In this document: one piece after another, positions 40,787 through 49,397 of the stretch
Layout of the letters: every line of letters starts with the position of its first letter
Position numbering within the stretch: the first letter of the stretch is position 1
Source of the DNA: a virus
Taxonomy: Duplodnaviria > Heunggongvirae > Uroviricota > Caudoviricetes > Crassvirales
Reading direction: 5' to 3' (one strand)
IMG/VR virus record: IMGVR_UViG_3300024350_000008
Length of the DNA: 64,000 bases
Position numbers and translations under genes: made by a program
Notes under the pieces: generated by a model
Told to the model about the DNA's origin: nothing
Databases searched by the model: none
What the model saw: only the letters and a program-made list of their open reading frames with translations

Positions 40787-40888
40787 GCAGCTGGCTCTCT
40801 AATGTATGGAAATGTAAAAGATAAGGGAGAGATGCCATGTTTACGTGGTTAATACCAGGAAATGAGGGTTCGAGTCCCTCCAGCTGCA
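40787..40888 (+). other. tRNA-like structure of about 102 nt. It has a canonical T-arm and a perfect 7-bp acceptor stem, but no canonical D or anticodon arms that I could find.
   Basis: T-arm GAGGG-TTCGAGT-CCCTC at 40864..40880. The acceptor 3' strand CAGCTGC at 40881..40887 pairs perfectly with GCAGCTG at 40787..40793. An internal 5-bp stem TCTCT/AGAGA encloses 27 nt. Confidence 0.3.
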
Positions 40889-40916
40889 CACACTATTTAT
40901 TCATTTAAACCATGTA

Positions 40917-41077
40917 TTATGACCAGACAACAACTTATTGATTACATCCTTGACAACACAACATGGAAGCTTGAAGAACTTGAGACGTATACAGACGAAC
41001 AAGTGGCTAAATTAGCTGCTGATATAGAGGAAGGATATAGGCTATTAAAACAGGGAACATATGGAAGAGAATCTTAA
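40917..41077 (+). CDS. Small early protein, start trimmed to the internal ATG (52 aa)
   Basis: The ORF-track ORF 40862..41077 begins inside the tRNA-like element. The internal start gives MTRQQLIDYIL... Confidence 0.3.
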
Positions 41078-41279
41078 TATATATGACATGAAGGTGCGTA
41101 TTGTCAAGAAATGTTGGTATGACATAAATAGGTTTCCAACAATGAAGGACATATGTAATGCTACAGGGCTTACAGAAAGAACATTACACAGGTTTGCTAG
41201 GGATAATGATTTGCCTAGGAGGACAAGAGGTAGGATGAGGGAGCTGATGGTAGCAGAATACATTAAAAATAATTCATAG
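41061..41279 (+). CDS. HTH DNA-binding protein, probable transcriptional regulator (72 aa)
   Basis: The stretch DICNATGLTERTLHRFARDN is a helix-turn-helix-like segment. Confidence 0.45.
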   Translation: MEENLNIYDMKVRIVKKCWYDINRFPTMKDICNATGLTERTLHRFARDNDLPRRTRGRMRELMVAEYIKNNS

Positions 41280-41399
41280 GATATTGGTTGATGGTCGTAC
41301 ATCTCATGCTAGGATACATTGAGTCTTAGCTAATAACTAGGGGACAGATCCCAACAGTTGTTTTGGTTGACTATTTCATTTTTAATGAACGCTCCTGTA

Positions 41400-41431
41400 T
41401 GTCTATACGGGAGCTTTTTTTTATTTGGTGG
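41400..41431 (+). terminator. Strong rho-independent terminator
   Basis: 10-bp stem GCTCCTGTAT paired with ATACGGGAGC, loop GTCT, then TTTTTTTT. Confidence 0.65.
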
Positions 41432-41496
41432 TTTGGCTATTTATTGCTATATTTATGCGACAAAGTATTTATTCACCCTTCAAATACAAAGCAAAA

Positions 41497-41645
41497 TGAA
41501 AACCGTAAAATTTACAGACGTAAAAGATTTTAGGAACTTCCAGAAATTAGCTAATCAGCTTCGCATCTTCTTTGAATGTACTTATTCAAAAGGAGACATA
41601 TTGGTGATAGCTGATGCAGCATTTCTAGAAGGGTTGGGTTACTAA
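41497..41645 (+). CDS. Small protein (49 aa), trimmed from the ORF-track ORF 41358..41645
   Basis: The terminator at 41400..41431 lies inside the longer ORF. The internal ATG gives MKTVKFTDVKDF... Confidence 0.3.
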
Positions 41646-41658
41646 GTGCTGTAACTCT

Positions 41659-41692
41659 GAAGCAGCTCTGCAATATGGGCTGCTTCTTTTTG
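41659..41692 (+). terminator. Rho-independent terminator
   Basis: Stem GAAGCAGCTC paired with GGGCTGCTTC, loop TGCAATAT, then TTTTTGTT. Confidence 0.55.
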
Positions 41693-41699
41693 TTACATT

Positions 41700-42016
41700 T
41701 TTAAGTACGTAAAAGTGTAACAGAATGCACTTTTAAGCAGTAATATCATTCATGAGGAACAAATTATACGTAAAAGTGTATAATAATGCACTTTATGATG
41801 AAATTATATGCAAAAAGCACCATCAAGCACGGTTTGTGTTGAATAATGTGTCATAAAACGCACATTTTGCGGTGTATTTGTCCCATATAAGTCACATTAT
41901 AGCTCATTTGGCTGAGTTTTGTAGCTCATAATCAGCCAAATCAGGAAGTAAATGCATGACATTTTCGGTAAAATTCATGCAAATTCATCACATAATCAAT
42001 TGTAAATCAATTATAT
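41700..42016. promoter_or_regulatory. Intergenic regulatory hub of about 320 bp. It holds two 28-bp imperfect-palindromic direct repeats and a 10-bp perfect inverted repeat.
   Basis: Repeat 1 is TACGTAAAAGTGTAACAGAATGCACTTTT at 41706..41734. Repeat 2 is TACGTAAAAGTGTATAATAATGCACTTT at 41767..41794. Each holds AAAAGTG paired with CACTTT as a dyad. The inverted repeat is ATTTGGCTGA at 41906..41915 against TCAGCCAAAT at 41932..41941. Confidence 0.5.
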
Positions 42017-42271
42017 ATGAAATCAGAAACTTTAGAACGTACATTGACAGCTATAGCATTTATAGGCATAGTGTACATCGTTATTAATCAGAACATCACA
42101 TTGAGAAAGATGGAAGCTGATTGTATGATTGAGGGTGGTGATATAGCTAAAGACAGCCTAATACAAGAGCTTACACGTTATCAACTAGCTCTAGACATGC
42201 TCAAGGATGAAGATCCAAAGGCTGCAGATGCATTCGAAACATTATTATACACTAAAACAGAAAAGCCATGA
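42017..42271 (+). CDS. Small membrane protein with an N-terminal transmembrane helix (84 aa)
   Basis: Hydrophobic segment LTAIAFIGIVYIVI followed by a coiled-coil-like region. Its stop overlaps the next start (ATGA). Confidence 0.45.
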   Translation: MKSETLERTLTAIAFIGIVYIVINQNITLRKMEADCMIEGGDIAKDSLIQELTRYQLALDMLKDEDPKAADAFETLLYTKTEKP

Positions 42272-42618
42272 AAAAACTACTATTAGTATTAGCTATTACA
42301 GCCATTGGTTGTACAGCAGCCAAACAAATCATTATTGGTAAGGCACTATTTGACAAAAGACAGAGAGAATCACTGAGCCATTTCTCTGTGAATGACATCA
42401 CTGTCTATTACAAGGATAAGCCTATTGCCAAATACCAAGCTAAAACCTATTCATTAGATGCTGGTGAGCTGGTAGAAGAATACAATTTGTTGCTAATTGA
42501 CAATCATATCAAGGATAAGCAGATTATCGGAGACCTTATAGACTTTGTATCAGACAGGCATCAGGGAGCTGAGGTGGAGGTAGAAATAGATTCTAATGGC
42601 AGCATATTCAAATTATAA
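42268..42618 (+). CDS. Predicted lipoprotein (116 aa)
   Basis: N-terminus MKKLLLVLAITAIGC carries a signal peptide and a lipobox-like AIGC. Confidence 0.5.
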   Translation: MKKLLLVLAITAIGCTAAKQIIIGKALFDKRQRESLSHFSVNDITVYYKDKPIAKYQAKTYSLDAGELVEEYNLLLIDNHIKDKQIIGDLIDFVSDRHQGAEVEVEIDSNGSIFKL

Positions 42619-42629
42619 AAAAGAATAAT

Positions 42630-42878
42630 ATGGTGGGAACAATCTTTAGAAAGCACATTGAAAGACATGAGCTGGGCACACATGGCAATTCTATGTATCA
42701 AGCATGGAAGGTGATAAAACAAATAGGTGATGGTTTGTATGAGTGTGTACGTGTAGATAATACACAAGATCCTATGGGTGCAGCCAATCCACAAAAGCGT
42801 ACATTTAAAGAAAAAGACATTCTTAATTACTTGAAAAACAAGCCAGATGACACACCAAACAGTGGAGCTCGTCCTTAA
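42630..42878 (+). CDS. Hypothetical early protein (82 aa)
   Basis: ORF. Confidence 0.35.
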   Translation: MVGTIFRKHIERHELGTHGNSMYQAWKVIKQIGDGLYECVRVDNTQDPMGAANPQKRTFKEKDILNYLKNKPDDTPNSGARP

Positions 42879-43425
42879 GAGCTATATGCCTAAACAATTG
42901 GAAATAGGCATGTGGTTCATCATTAAAATTAATCCAGGCACACGAAAAGAATATACAGAGATATGGGCATTGGATAAGATTCCTCAGGAAAGCATGGAAG
43001 AGTTTATTGTGAAAAATGGAGCGCCTGTAGAGCCTTATTTGATCTATGATGAACAGGTGATAGCTGAGCCACATGAGATAGGCTGGTGGGATGAAGGAGA
43101 GCATACAGACGAATTAAGAGACATAGAGCTCAAAGATGTTAATTTCATCCTAGAAGAATGGGATGGTGAGGTGGATGTAGAGATTGATGAATGGGACTAT
43201 GCTCATGAGGATGCTATAAATCCAATTCTGTATGCAGGCAAGGTGACCATGTCCATTCCTGGTGAGTATACAGAGGAAGATGATGACGGACCATGGATGT
43301 GTGAGCATTGCAATGGTACAGGATATGGATCTACACCAGACACAGTGTGTGTTGTATGTGGTGGGGAGGGACAATATTATGAATATGACGAATTTGATGA
43401 GGCTGATACGGACGATAATTCCTAA
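42847..43425 (+). CDS. Highly acidic protein with a C-terminal double CxxCxGxG (DnaJ-type) zinc finger (192 aa)
   Basis: Very high D/E content in the C-terminal half, for example EEWDGEVDVEIDEWDYAHED and YYEYDEFDEADTDDNS. Zinc-finger motifs CEHCNGTG and CVVCGGEG. Confidence 0.5.
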   Translation: MTHQTVELVLKSYMPKQLEIGMWFIIKINPGTRKEYTEIWALDKIPQESMEEFIVKNGAPVEPYLIYDEQVIAEPHEIGWWDEGEHTDELRDIELKDVNFILEEWDGEVDVEIDEWDYAHEDAINPILYAGKVTMSIPGEYTEEDDDGPWMCEHCNGTGYGSTPDTVCVVCGGEGQYYEYDEFDEADTDDNS

Positions 43426-43440
43426 CAAAAACAAAAAGCA

Positions 43441-43618
43441 TATGATTTTAGAAAACATTACGATTGAAAGGCTAGAAGAAATCGAACAAGAAAGACTAGA
43501 AACACAAATGGACCCAGCCTATCAGCAGTGGTTTGACGAAATGCACATATCCAGACTGTATGTAAGCAGAGAGGGTATAACAAACGCCAACCGCATGATG
43601 GCAGATTATTCACATTAA
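43441..43618 (+). CDS. Small protein (59 aa), trimmed from the ORF-track ORF 43262..43618
   Basis: The longer ORF overlaps the upstream gene in another frame. The internal ATG gives MILENITIERLEE... Confidence 0.3.
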
Positions 43619-43628
43619 ATCAAAGCAA

Positions 43629-43808
43629 ATGACCCTTCAAGAAGCGTTGGAAAAGCTCCAACAAGCAAAAGACATTGATGATTGGAACAACATTAGAGAC
43701 GGTATTAAATCACAGCTTCCCATGCCTGTTTGGCTAAAAGAATATGCGCCAACAATAGATGGCTCAGGGCTAGTGGTGGACATACTCGGATCAGACAGAC
43801 CTCGTTAA
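43629..43808 (+). CDS. Small ORF (59 aa) below the ORF-track length cutoff
   Basis: Hand translation gives MTLQEALEKLQQAKDIDDWNNIRDGIKSQLPMPVWLKEYAPTIDGSGLVVDILGSDRPR. Confidence 0.3.
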   Translation: MTLQEALEKLQQAKDIDDWNNIRDGIKSQLPMPVWLKEYAPTIDGSGLVVDILGSDRPR

Positions 43809-43838
43809 TTATTTACTAACAATTAAAATCAAAGAAAA

Positions 43839-44141
43839 ATGTCAAGGTTAACAACAGAACAGGTACAGGAATTAAAGACAGTTATTCGTACAGGAGAACC
43901 AATTGCAGCTATTGCTGACAGACTTGCTCCTCAGTATGGTAGAAAAACATCATCATTTCGCATCACCCTTTACAATCTAGCTAAGCGTACACGCAAGGTG
44001 GCTGAGTGGAATGGTCCTAAAAGACGTAGAACAAAGAATACAAATGCTACAAAAAGGACAGAAATGGTGTCTATTATGCAGCCAAGATTGATGAGTGCAA
44101 TGGTGGAGCAGCACAAAGACCACATTAGAATTTATTTCTAA
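43839..44141 (+). CDS. Small basic protein (100 aa), possibly nucleic-acid binding
   Basis: K/R-rich centre reading KRTRKVAEWNGPKRRRTKNTNATKRT. Confidence 0.4.
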   Translation: MSRLTTEQVQELKTVIRTGEPIAAIADRLAPQYGRKTSSFRITLYNLAKRTRKVAEWNGPKRRRTKNTNATKRTEMVSIMQPRLMSAMVEQHKDHIRIYF

Positions 44142-44160
44142 ACAATAAAAGCACACACTT

Positions 44161-44370
44161 ATGCCAGCAACCCTCGTTTACCGCTCCTCATGGAGCTCTG
44201 TTAGGCCATTAGTTTATTCAGATGATTCAGACAATCCAAATGTCAACAAACTAATAGATGCCATCTTCAAACGAAAGAAGACCAACAGGCTCACATTAGA
44301 GAACAACAAGATGTATTATTCTCCTTCAGATGATTACAAGAAAGTTGTTCGTTTACGAAAATTTAAGTAA
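44161..44370 (+). CDS. Hypothetical protein (69 aa)
   Basis: ORF. Confidence 0.3.
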   Translation: MPATLVYRSSWSSVRPLVYSDDSDNPNVNKLIDAIFKRKKTNRLTLENNKMYYSPSDDYKKVVRLRKFK

Positions 44371-44372
44371 AT

Positions 44373-44660
44373 TTGAGTGCCTACAGCAATGTGGGCACCA
44401 ATTTTAAATCTTTCATTATGGCAAAAGATACATGTATCCTCTGTGGTGCAGAGACACCATATGAATACGAAACACACATTGATATGAGGACGGGATATAT
44501 CGAGGGAGCAGGACAGCTCTGCATTAAATGTTATAGGAGAGGTACAGATCGTACACACATTTTGATTCCAACACATATTGTGTATGACACTCCTAATGAC
44601 CAAGAGCTAGGCACTAAAGTGAGGCAAATTTATTACGAGAATATAGATGATGACATATGA
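44373..44660 (+). CDS. Zinc-binding protein of up to 95 aa. The true start is probably the MAKDTCILCG segment near 44418.
   Basis: Paired Cys motifs CILCG and CIKCY. Confidence 0.4.
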   Translation: MSAYSNVGTNFKSFIMAKDTCILCGAETPYEYETHIDMRTGYIEGAGQLCIKCYRRGTDRTHILIPTHIVYDTPNDQELGTKVRQIYYENIDDDI

Positions 44661-44815
44661 CAGACATAGCAAAATGTAAAGGAGAAGATTGTCCTTTAAA
44701 AGAGACATGTTATAGATATACAGCTCCTGCAGATGAATATGGGCAGTCATATTTTGCAAATCCTCCATATGATGAGGATAAGAAGGACTGTGATTATTAT
44801 TGGGAAAACGATTAA
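44657..44815 (+). CDS. Small Cys-rich ORF (52 aa) not in the ORF track
   Basis: Hand translation gives MTDIAKCKGEDCPLKETCYRYTAPADEYGQSYFANPPYDEDKKDCDYYWEND. It overlaps the stop of the upstream gene and the start of the polymerase gene. Confidence 0.25.
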   Translation: MTDIAKCKGEDCPLKETCYRYTAPADEYGQSYFANPPYDEDKKDCDYYWEND

Positions 44816-46776
44816 TGATGGACAACGTAATTATCTACGACATAGAAACGCTTAAAGAATATTTCCTGGTTGTTTGTCTTATTCCTCAAGAGCCCTATAG
44901 AATATTCAGGGTGAATAAGGATGAGAACAGCCTAGATGCATTCATCAACTTCACAGAGAAGTACAAAGACTATTATTGGGTGGGCTACAACAACTTGCGC
45001 TTTGACTCTCAAGTGGTAGAATGGGTGATACGCAACAATGAATATTGGCATGAGCTTTCTGCTCTAGAAATTACAGCTAAAATCCACCAGAAGGCAGCAG
45101 ATGTGATAGATGATGCCAATCATGATGTATTCCCAGAATATCGTGAGACAGACCTCACATTAAAACAAGTGGACTTATTTAGAATACACCACTTTGACAA
45201 CAAGAATAGACGTGTTAGCTTAAAGAGGCTAGAGTTTGAGATGGATTTAGAGAACATTGAGGAGATGCCTATTGTGCATAACAAGGAAGGAATGACCACT
45301 GAGGACATTGTTACCACCACAGGTTATTGTATAAACGATGTATGGGCTACCTATCAGTTTTACTTGGTAACAATTGGACAGACAGATCATCCTCTATATA
45401 GAGGAAACAATCAAATTGAGTTGAGACAGGATATCGAGCAAGAGTTCGGTATCCCGTGTCTCAATTATTCTGACAGTAAGATTGGTGATGAGATGATCAA
45501 AAAATACTACTGTCAGGAGAAGGGCATTGATTATAAAGAACTGCCCAAGAAAGGATTCTTTAGAAAGAACATACTTGTAAAGAATTGTATTGCTCCATAT
45601 GTGGAGTTTCAAACAAAAGAGCTGCAGGAATTCCTTAAGAGAATAAAGAAGCTGAGCCTGGGCTTGCAAGATGATTTCAAAGAGGAGCTACATTTCTATA
45701 ACAATGTGTATTCTTTTATGAAGGGTGGTTTGCATACAGAGAATAGTCCTAAGATATTTGAAGCTGATGAAGATCATCAGATAATAGACTGGGATGTGTC
45801 TAGTTACTATCCAGCTATCATCATCAATAACAAGCGTTATCCACAACATTTGGGACCAGCATTTCTCAGAGGCTATCAAGCCATGTTTGAGAAGCGTCTA
45901 GAGCTCAAACCTTTAGCTAAGAAGGATAAGAAGATTAAGGGTATTGTGGGTGCACTGAAGCTCGCTGTAAACTCTGTGTATGGCAAATCTAGTGACATGC
46001 AGTCCTGGATATATGATAGACAGCTCACTATGTTCACCACTATAACAGGAGAGCTTAGCCTGATGATGCTTATTGAGGCATATGAATTAGCTGGTATACG
46101 TGTTATTTCTGCAAACACAGATGGTGTCACAATTCTTATAAAAACTGTGACATTAGACAGAATGCATGAGATAAACAAATGGTGGTCTAGTCTCACTCAA
46201 TATGAGCTAGAACGCACTGATTATCAGAAGATTGTATTTTCCACGGTAAATGACTATATTGCAATAAAAACAGATGGAGAAATTAAAAAGAAGGGAGACT
46301 TCCTCACAGATTTCGAGCTTCATAAGAACAAGTCAGCGCGTATTATCCCGTTGGCTCTTGAACAATATTATACTAATAATATACCTGTTGAGCGTACTAT
46401 TAGGAGTTGTGATAGGATATTTGATTTCTGCCTGAGACAGAAAGCATCTAAAGACTTCCATTATGAAGGAATAGATAGGTCCACAGGTGAGAAAACTGTC
46501 TATGACAAGCTCATTAGGTATTATGTATCCAACACAGGACAGAAGCTCCTCAAGGTGAAGAATGCAGACAGTCAATCTACAGCTGCAGATGTTATGCAAG
46601 TGGAAGCAGGTGAGTGGGTTTGTACAGTGTGCAATCATTTAGACAAAAGCCATCCTCTAGATAATATCAATTATCAATATTACATAGAGCGCGCTGAGAA
46701 AATCATTCATAAGATTGCTTATGAAGGAAGAAAGCGCAAGGTGGTAGTAAATCCTAACCAACTAACATTATTCTAA
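44800..46776 (+). CDS. Family B DNA polymerase, compact (658 aa), with an N-terminal 3'-5' exonuclease
   Basis: Exonuclease motifs: Exo I YDIET, Exo II YNNLRFD, Exo III YCINDVW. Polymerase motifs: motif A DWDVSSYYPAII, motif B KLAVNSVYGKS, motif C SANTDGV. Confidence 0.85.
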   Translation: MGKRLMMDNVIIYDIETLKEYFLVVCLIPQEPYRIFRVNKDENSLDAFINFTEKYKDYYWVGYNNLRFDSQVVEWVIRNNEYWHELSALEITAKIHQKAADVIDDANHDVFPEYRETDLTLKQVDLFRIHHFDNKNRRVSLKRLEFEMDLENIEEMPIVHNKEGMTTEDIVTTTGYCINDVWATYQFYLVTIGQTDHPLYRGNNQIELRQDIEQEFGIPCLNYSDSKIGDEMIKKYYCQEKGIDYKELPKKGFFRKNILVKNCIAPYVEFQTKELQEFLKRIKKLSLGLQDDFKEELHFYNNVYSFMKGGLHTENSPKIFEADEDHQIIDWDVSSYYPAIIINNKRYPQHLGPAFLRGYQAMFEKRLELKPLAKKDKKIKGIVGALKLAVNSVYGKSSDMQSWIYDRQLTMFTTITGELSLMMLIEAYELAGIRVISANTDGVTILIKTVTLDRMHEINKWWSSLTQYELERTDYQKIVFSTVNDYIAIKTDGEIKKKGDFLTDFELHKNKSARIIPLALEQYYTNNIPVERTIRSCDRIFDFCLRQKASKDFHYEGIDRSTGEKTVYDKLIRYYVSNTGQKLLKVKNADSQSTAADVMQVEAGEWVCTVCNHLDKSHPLDNINYQYYIERAEKIIHKIAYEGRKRKVVVNPNQLTLF

Positions 46777-47204
46777 TGAAACTAGCAAAAGGAGATAGAT
46801 TCAAGAATTACATTGGTGAACTGTGTTTCATCAGCTACATGAGAGGAGACATCATCAAACTTACATACATTGATGATAATTCATATGTAGAGGTGTGGGA
46901 CAAGCAGGAGTTTATTGATGAGGTGAATGGAAATAGATTCTTCCCACAGCCTAAGGTGGTGATTAATAGAGCCAATGTATCTACACATTTGGTTGAATAT
47001 CAACTCAATATGATTGGTAAAACCATGGAGGAAACCAAGAAAGAAAAATGGTATTCCACTAACACCATGACTACCAAACAATATGAATTATTCAAGTCAT
47101 ATGCCATTCCTTTATTAAGGAAGGTGTTCAAGTTCAACAAAACTAAAGCTGAGCAAACCTTTCAATGGTTTGACCTGCAATTTGGCCTTCGCATAAAAGA
47201 CTAA
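46776..47204 (+). CDS. Hypothetical replication-module protein (142 aa)
   Basis: ORF. Its start overlaps the polymerase stop. Confidence 0.4.
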   Translation: MKLAKGDRFKNYIGELCFISYMRGDIIKLTYIDDNSYVEVWDKQEFIDEVNGNRFFPQPKVVINRANVSTHLVEYQLNMIGKTMEETKKEKWYSTNTMTTKQYELFKSYAIPLLRKVFKFNKTKAEQTFQWFDLQFGLRIKD

Positions 47205-47218
47205 AACTCCCCCAACCC

Positions 47219-47353
47219 ATGACTTATTTATTTATTGCGATCCTTGTGATCGTATGGATATGGATTGCCTATGAGATAATCCATGCTCCAACAATGAAAG
47301 AGAATAATGACGCAGATGATGATCCAACAACAACATTTTGGCACGAAGACTAA
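47219..47353 (+). CDS. Small membrane ORF (44 aa) not in the ORF track
   Basis: Hand translation gives MTYLFIAILVIVWIWIAYEIIHAPTMKENNDADDDPTTTFWHED, a transmembrane helix plus an acidic tail. Confidence 0.25.
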   Translation: MTYLFIAILVIVWIWIAYEIIHAPTMKENNDADDDPTTTFWHED

Positions 47354-47562
47354 CAAAAATTGTTATGAACAATCCAATAATTTCTGAAGATTTTGAGCGG
47401 GAAAGTCTCAAAGATTCCGTATATTTGTTAGAAGAGCAACAGAGAATAATGCAAGAGATTATGGAAGAAGAGAATACACGTCTTCCAGCAACTGTGACAG
47501 TGATTTACGAGAATAAACCCCAGCCAAATGACCAACTTAAAGATAACTCCTTACCATTTTGA
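47338..47562 (+). CDS. Hypothetical protein. The ORF-track start is TTG. An in-frame ATG at 47365 gives MNNPIISEDF...
   Basis: ORF. Confidence 0.3.
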   Translation: MARRLTKIVMNNPIISEDFERESLKDSVYLLEEQQRIMQEIMEEENTRLPATVTVIYENKPQPNDQLKDNSLPF

Positions 47563-48157
47563 AGAGTTAATCAAGAAAAGTTATTCCCTAGATGTTATAT
47601 ATCTTTTGAAGCTGATAGAGCAGAAGTTTGATGTTCAACCTCTCTGTGAAGGGAGTATGAAGATTGCTGCGCTCTATCAGACTTTGATTAGAAAAGGACT
47701 CATATCCAACACTGATGAGAAGATAACAACATTGGGTGAAGAACTGCTCCAGTTTATGGAGACCAAAGAGGCTACAAAGATTATAAAGCGTAAGCCTGCT
47801 ACAACAGAATTTGAAGAGTGGTGGAAAGCCTATCCAGGCACTGATACATTTACACACAAAGGAAAGAAGTTTACAGGCACAAGAGGCTTAAAACAGAATA
47901 GAGATGAATGTAGACTGAGATTTGACAAAATCCTTCTAGAGGGAGAATATACAGCTGGACAGCTGATAGAAGCATTAAACTTCGAGGTGGCTCAAAAGAA
48001 AGAGAATTCTGTAAAGACAGGCACTAACAGACTTAGTTATATGCAGAACTCCTTCACTTATTTGAACCAACGAAGCTTTGAACCATTTATTGAACTAATT
48101 AAAGAGGGTGGAAAAGTTGAAGAAACTGATAAACCCGTAGGAGGAACAGACGTATGA
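47528..48157 (+). CDS. Hypothetical protein (209 aa)
   Basis: ORF. Its stop overlaps the next start. Confidence 0.45.
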   Translation: MTNLKITPYHFEELIKKSYSLDVIYLLKLIEQKFDVQPLCEGSMKIAALYQTLIRKGLISNTDEKITTLGEELLQFMETKEATKIIKRKPATTEFEEWWKAYPGTDTFTHKGKKFTGTRGLKQNRDECRLRFDKILLEGEYTAGQLIEALNFEVAQKKENSVKTGTNRLSYMQNSFTYLNQRSFEPFIELIKEGGKVEETDKPVGGTDV

Positions 48158-48333
48158 CACATGAACAATTATTACAATATATTAAAGAACAGATTGCAAC
48201 CCATCCTAAAATGAAGCCAGATATTCTCAGTTATTATCAGCTCTGTTTGGATGAGATAGAAGAGGGTGGTAGCCCAGAACATGAGCGTGAGTTATGTCAT
48301 AACAGTATAGAAGAACTAATAAAAGAATCATGA
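48153..48333 (+). CDS. Small ORF (59 aa) not in the ORF track
   Basis: Hand translation gives MTHEQLLQYIKEQIATHPKMKPDILSYYQLCLDEIEEGGSPEHERELCHNSIEELIKES. ATGA overlaps occur at both ends. Confidence 0.35.
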
Positions 48334-49397
48334 GTTTTGAACTACTTAAACAAGAAGTGGAGCTTGGCCTAGCAGGGAGGAATAACGGTATACCCATGGG
48401 TTTTAATAGGCTAAATAGATATATTGGCATTCGTAAGAGCATATACTTCCTGGTGGGTGGTTTAACAGGCTCTGGTAAGACTAGCTTTATTGATGATGCC
48501 TTTGTTCTCAATCCATTTGACTGGTATATCAGCCAAACTGATCCAGGAGTGAAGCTACGCATCATATATCGCTCTATGGAGCGTTCTAGGACCTATAAGC
48601 TGGCTAAATGGGTGAGCAGGAAGATATTCATCGACCAGGGCATCATCATCCCTGTAAGCAAGCTATTGGGCTGGAATGAGAAGATGACCAAGGATGAGCA
48701 TGATTTGTTCATGATGTATGAGGATTATATTGGCAGAATGGATGACATCATTACAATCATTGATGGTCCAGAGAATGCTGTGGGTATAGCCAAGGAGCTC
48801 AAAGCTCACGCTCTACAACATGGTAAGATAGAACAGGTGGATGAATATAACAAGCGCTATTTCCCCAATCATGAGAATGAGATAACACTTGTGATTATTG
48901 ACCACATTGGTCTACTAAAGACTACGAAGGACCAAACCACTAAGAAGCAGGCTATTGATAAGATGAGTGATGAGCTCAGATATGCTCGTGACTTCTATGG
49001 ATATACGCCAGTGGTGGTGAGTCAGTTCAATCGTGATATTAGCAATCCCATCAGGATTAAGAATGGTGATGTTGAGCCTCAGCTAGAAGATTTTGCTGAG
49101 AGTTCACAGACACAGAATGATGCTGATGTTGTATTAGCCCTGTTTGATCCTATGCGCTATAAGGTGGCTGACCCAAGTGGTTATGACCTGAATAAGCTGA
49201 AGGACCAATATGGTGCTAAGTATTTTAGAAACCTTAGGTTGATAAAGAATTCCTATGGTGAAGATGATGTGCGCATTGGTCTTGGTTTTATGGGCCAGAT
49301 CGGTATGTTCAAAGAACTGCCTAAACGCAATGTAATGACAGACGCTGATTATGAGGCAGTGATTAACAAATCCTATTTTTTAAATAACCAACTATGA
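48330..49397 (+). CDS. DnaB-like replicative helicase, RecA-fold domain (355 aa)
   Basis: Walker A LVGGLTGSGKTSF. H2 VIIDHIGLL. H3 VVVSQFNRD. Confidence 0.75.
   Translation: MSFELLKQEVELGLAGRNNGIPMGFNRLNRYIGIRKSIYFLVGGLTGSGKTSFIDDAFVLNPFDWYISQTDPGVKLRIIYRSMERSRTYKLAKWVSRKIFIDQGIIIPVSKLLGWNEKMTKDEHDLFMMYEDYIGRMDDIITIIDGPENAVGIAKELKAHALQHGKIEQVDEYNKRYFPNHENEITLVIIDHIGLLKTTKDQTTKKQAIDKMSDELRYARDFYGYTPVVVSQFNRDISNPIRIKNGDVEPQLEDFAESSQTQNDADVVLALFDPMRYKVADPSGYDLNKLKDQYGAKYFRNLRLIKNSYGEDDVRIGLGFMGQIGMFKELPKRNVMTDADYEAVINKSYFLNNQL

Noticed and set aside
40787-40888. Calling this element a bona fide tRNA gene
   Set aside because: I could not build canonical D and anticodon arms. A length of 102 nt is too long for class I or class II tRNAs. 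Kept only as a tRNA-like element.
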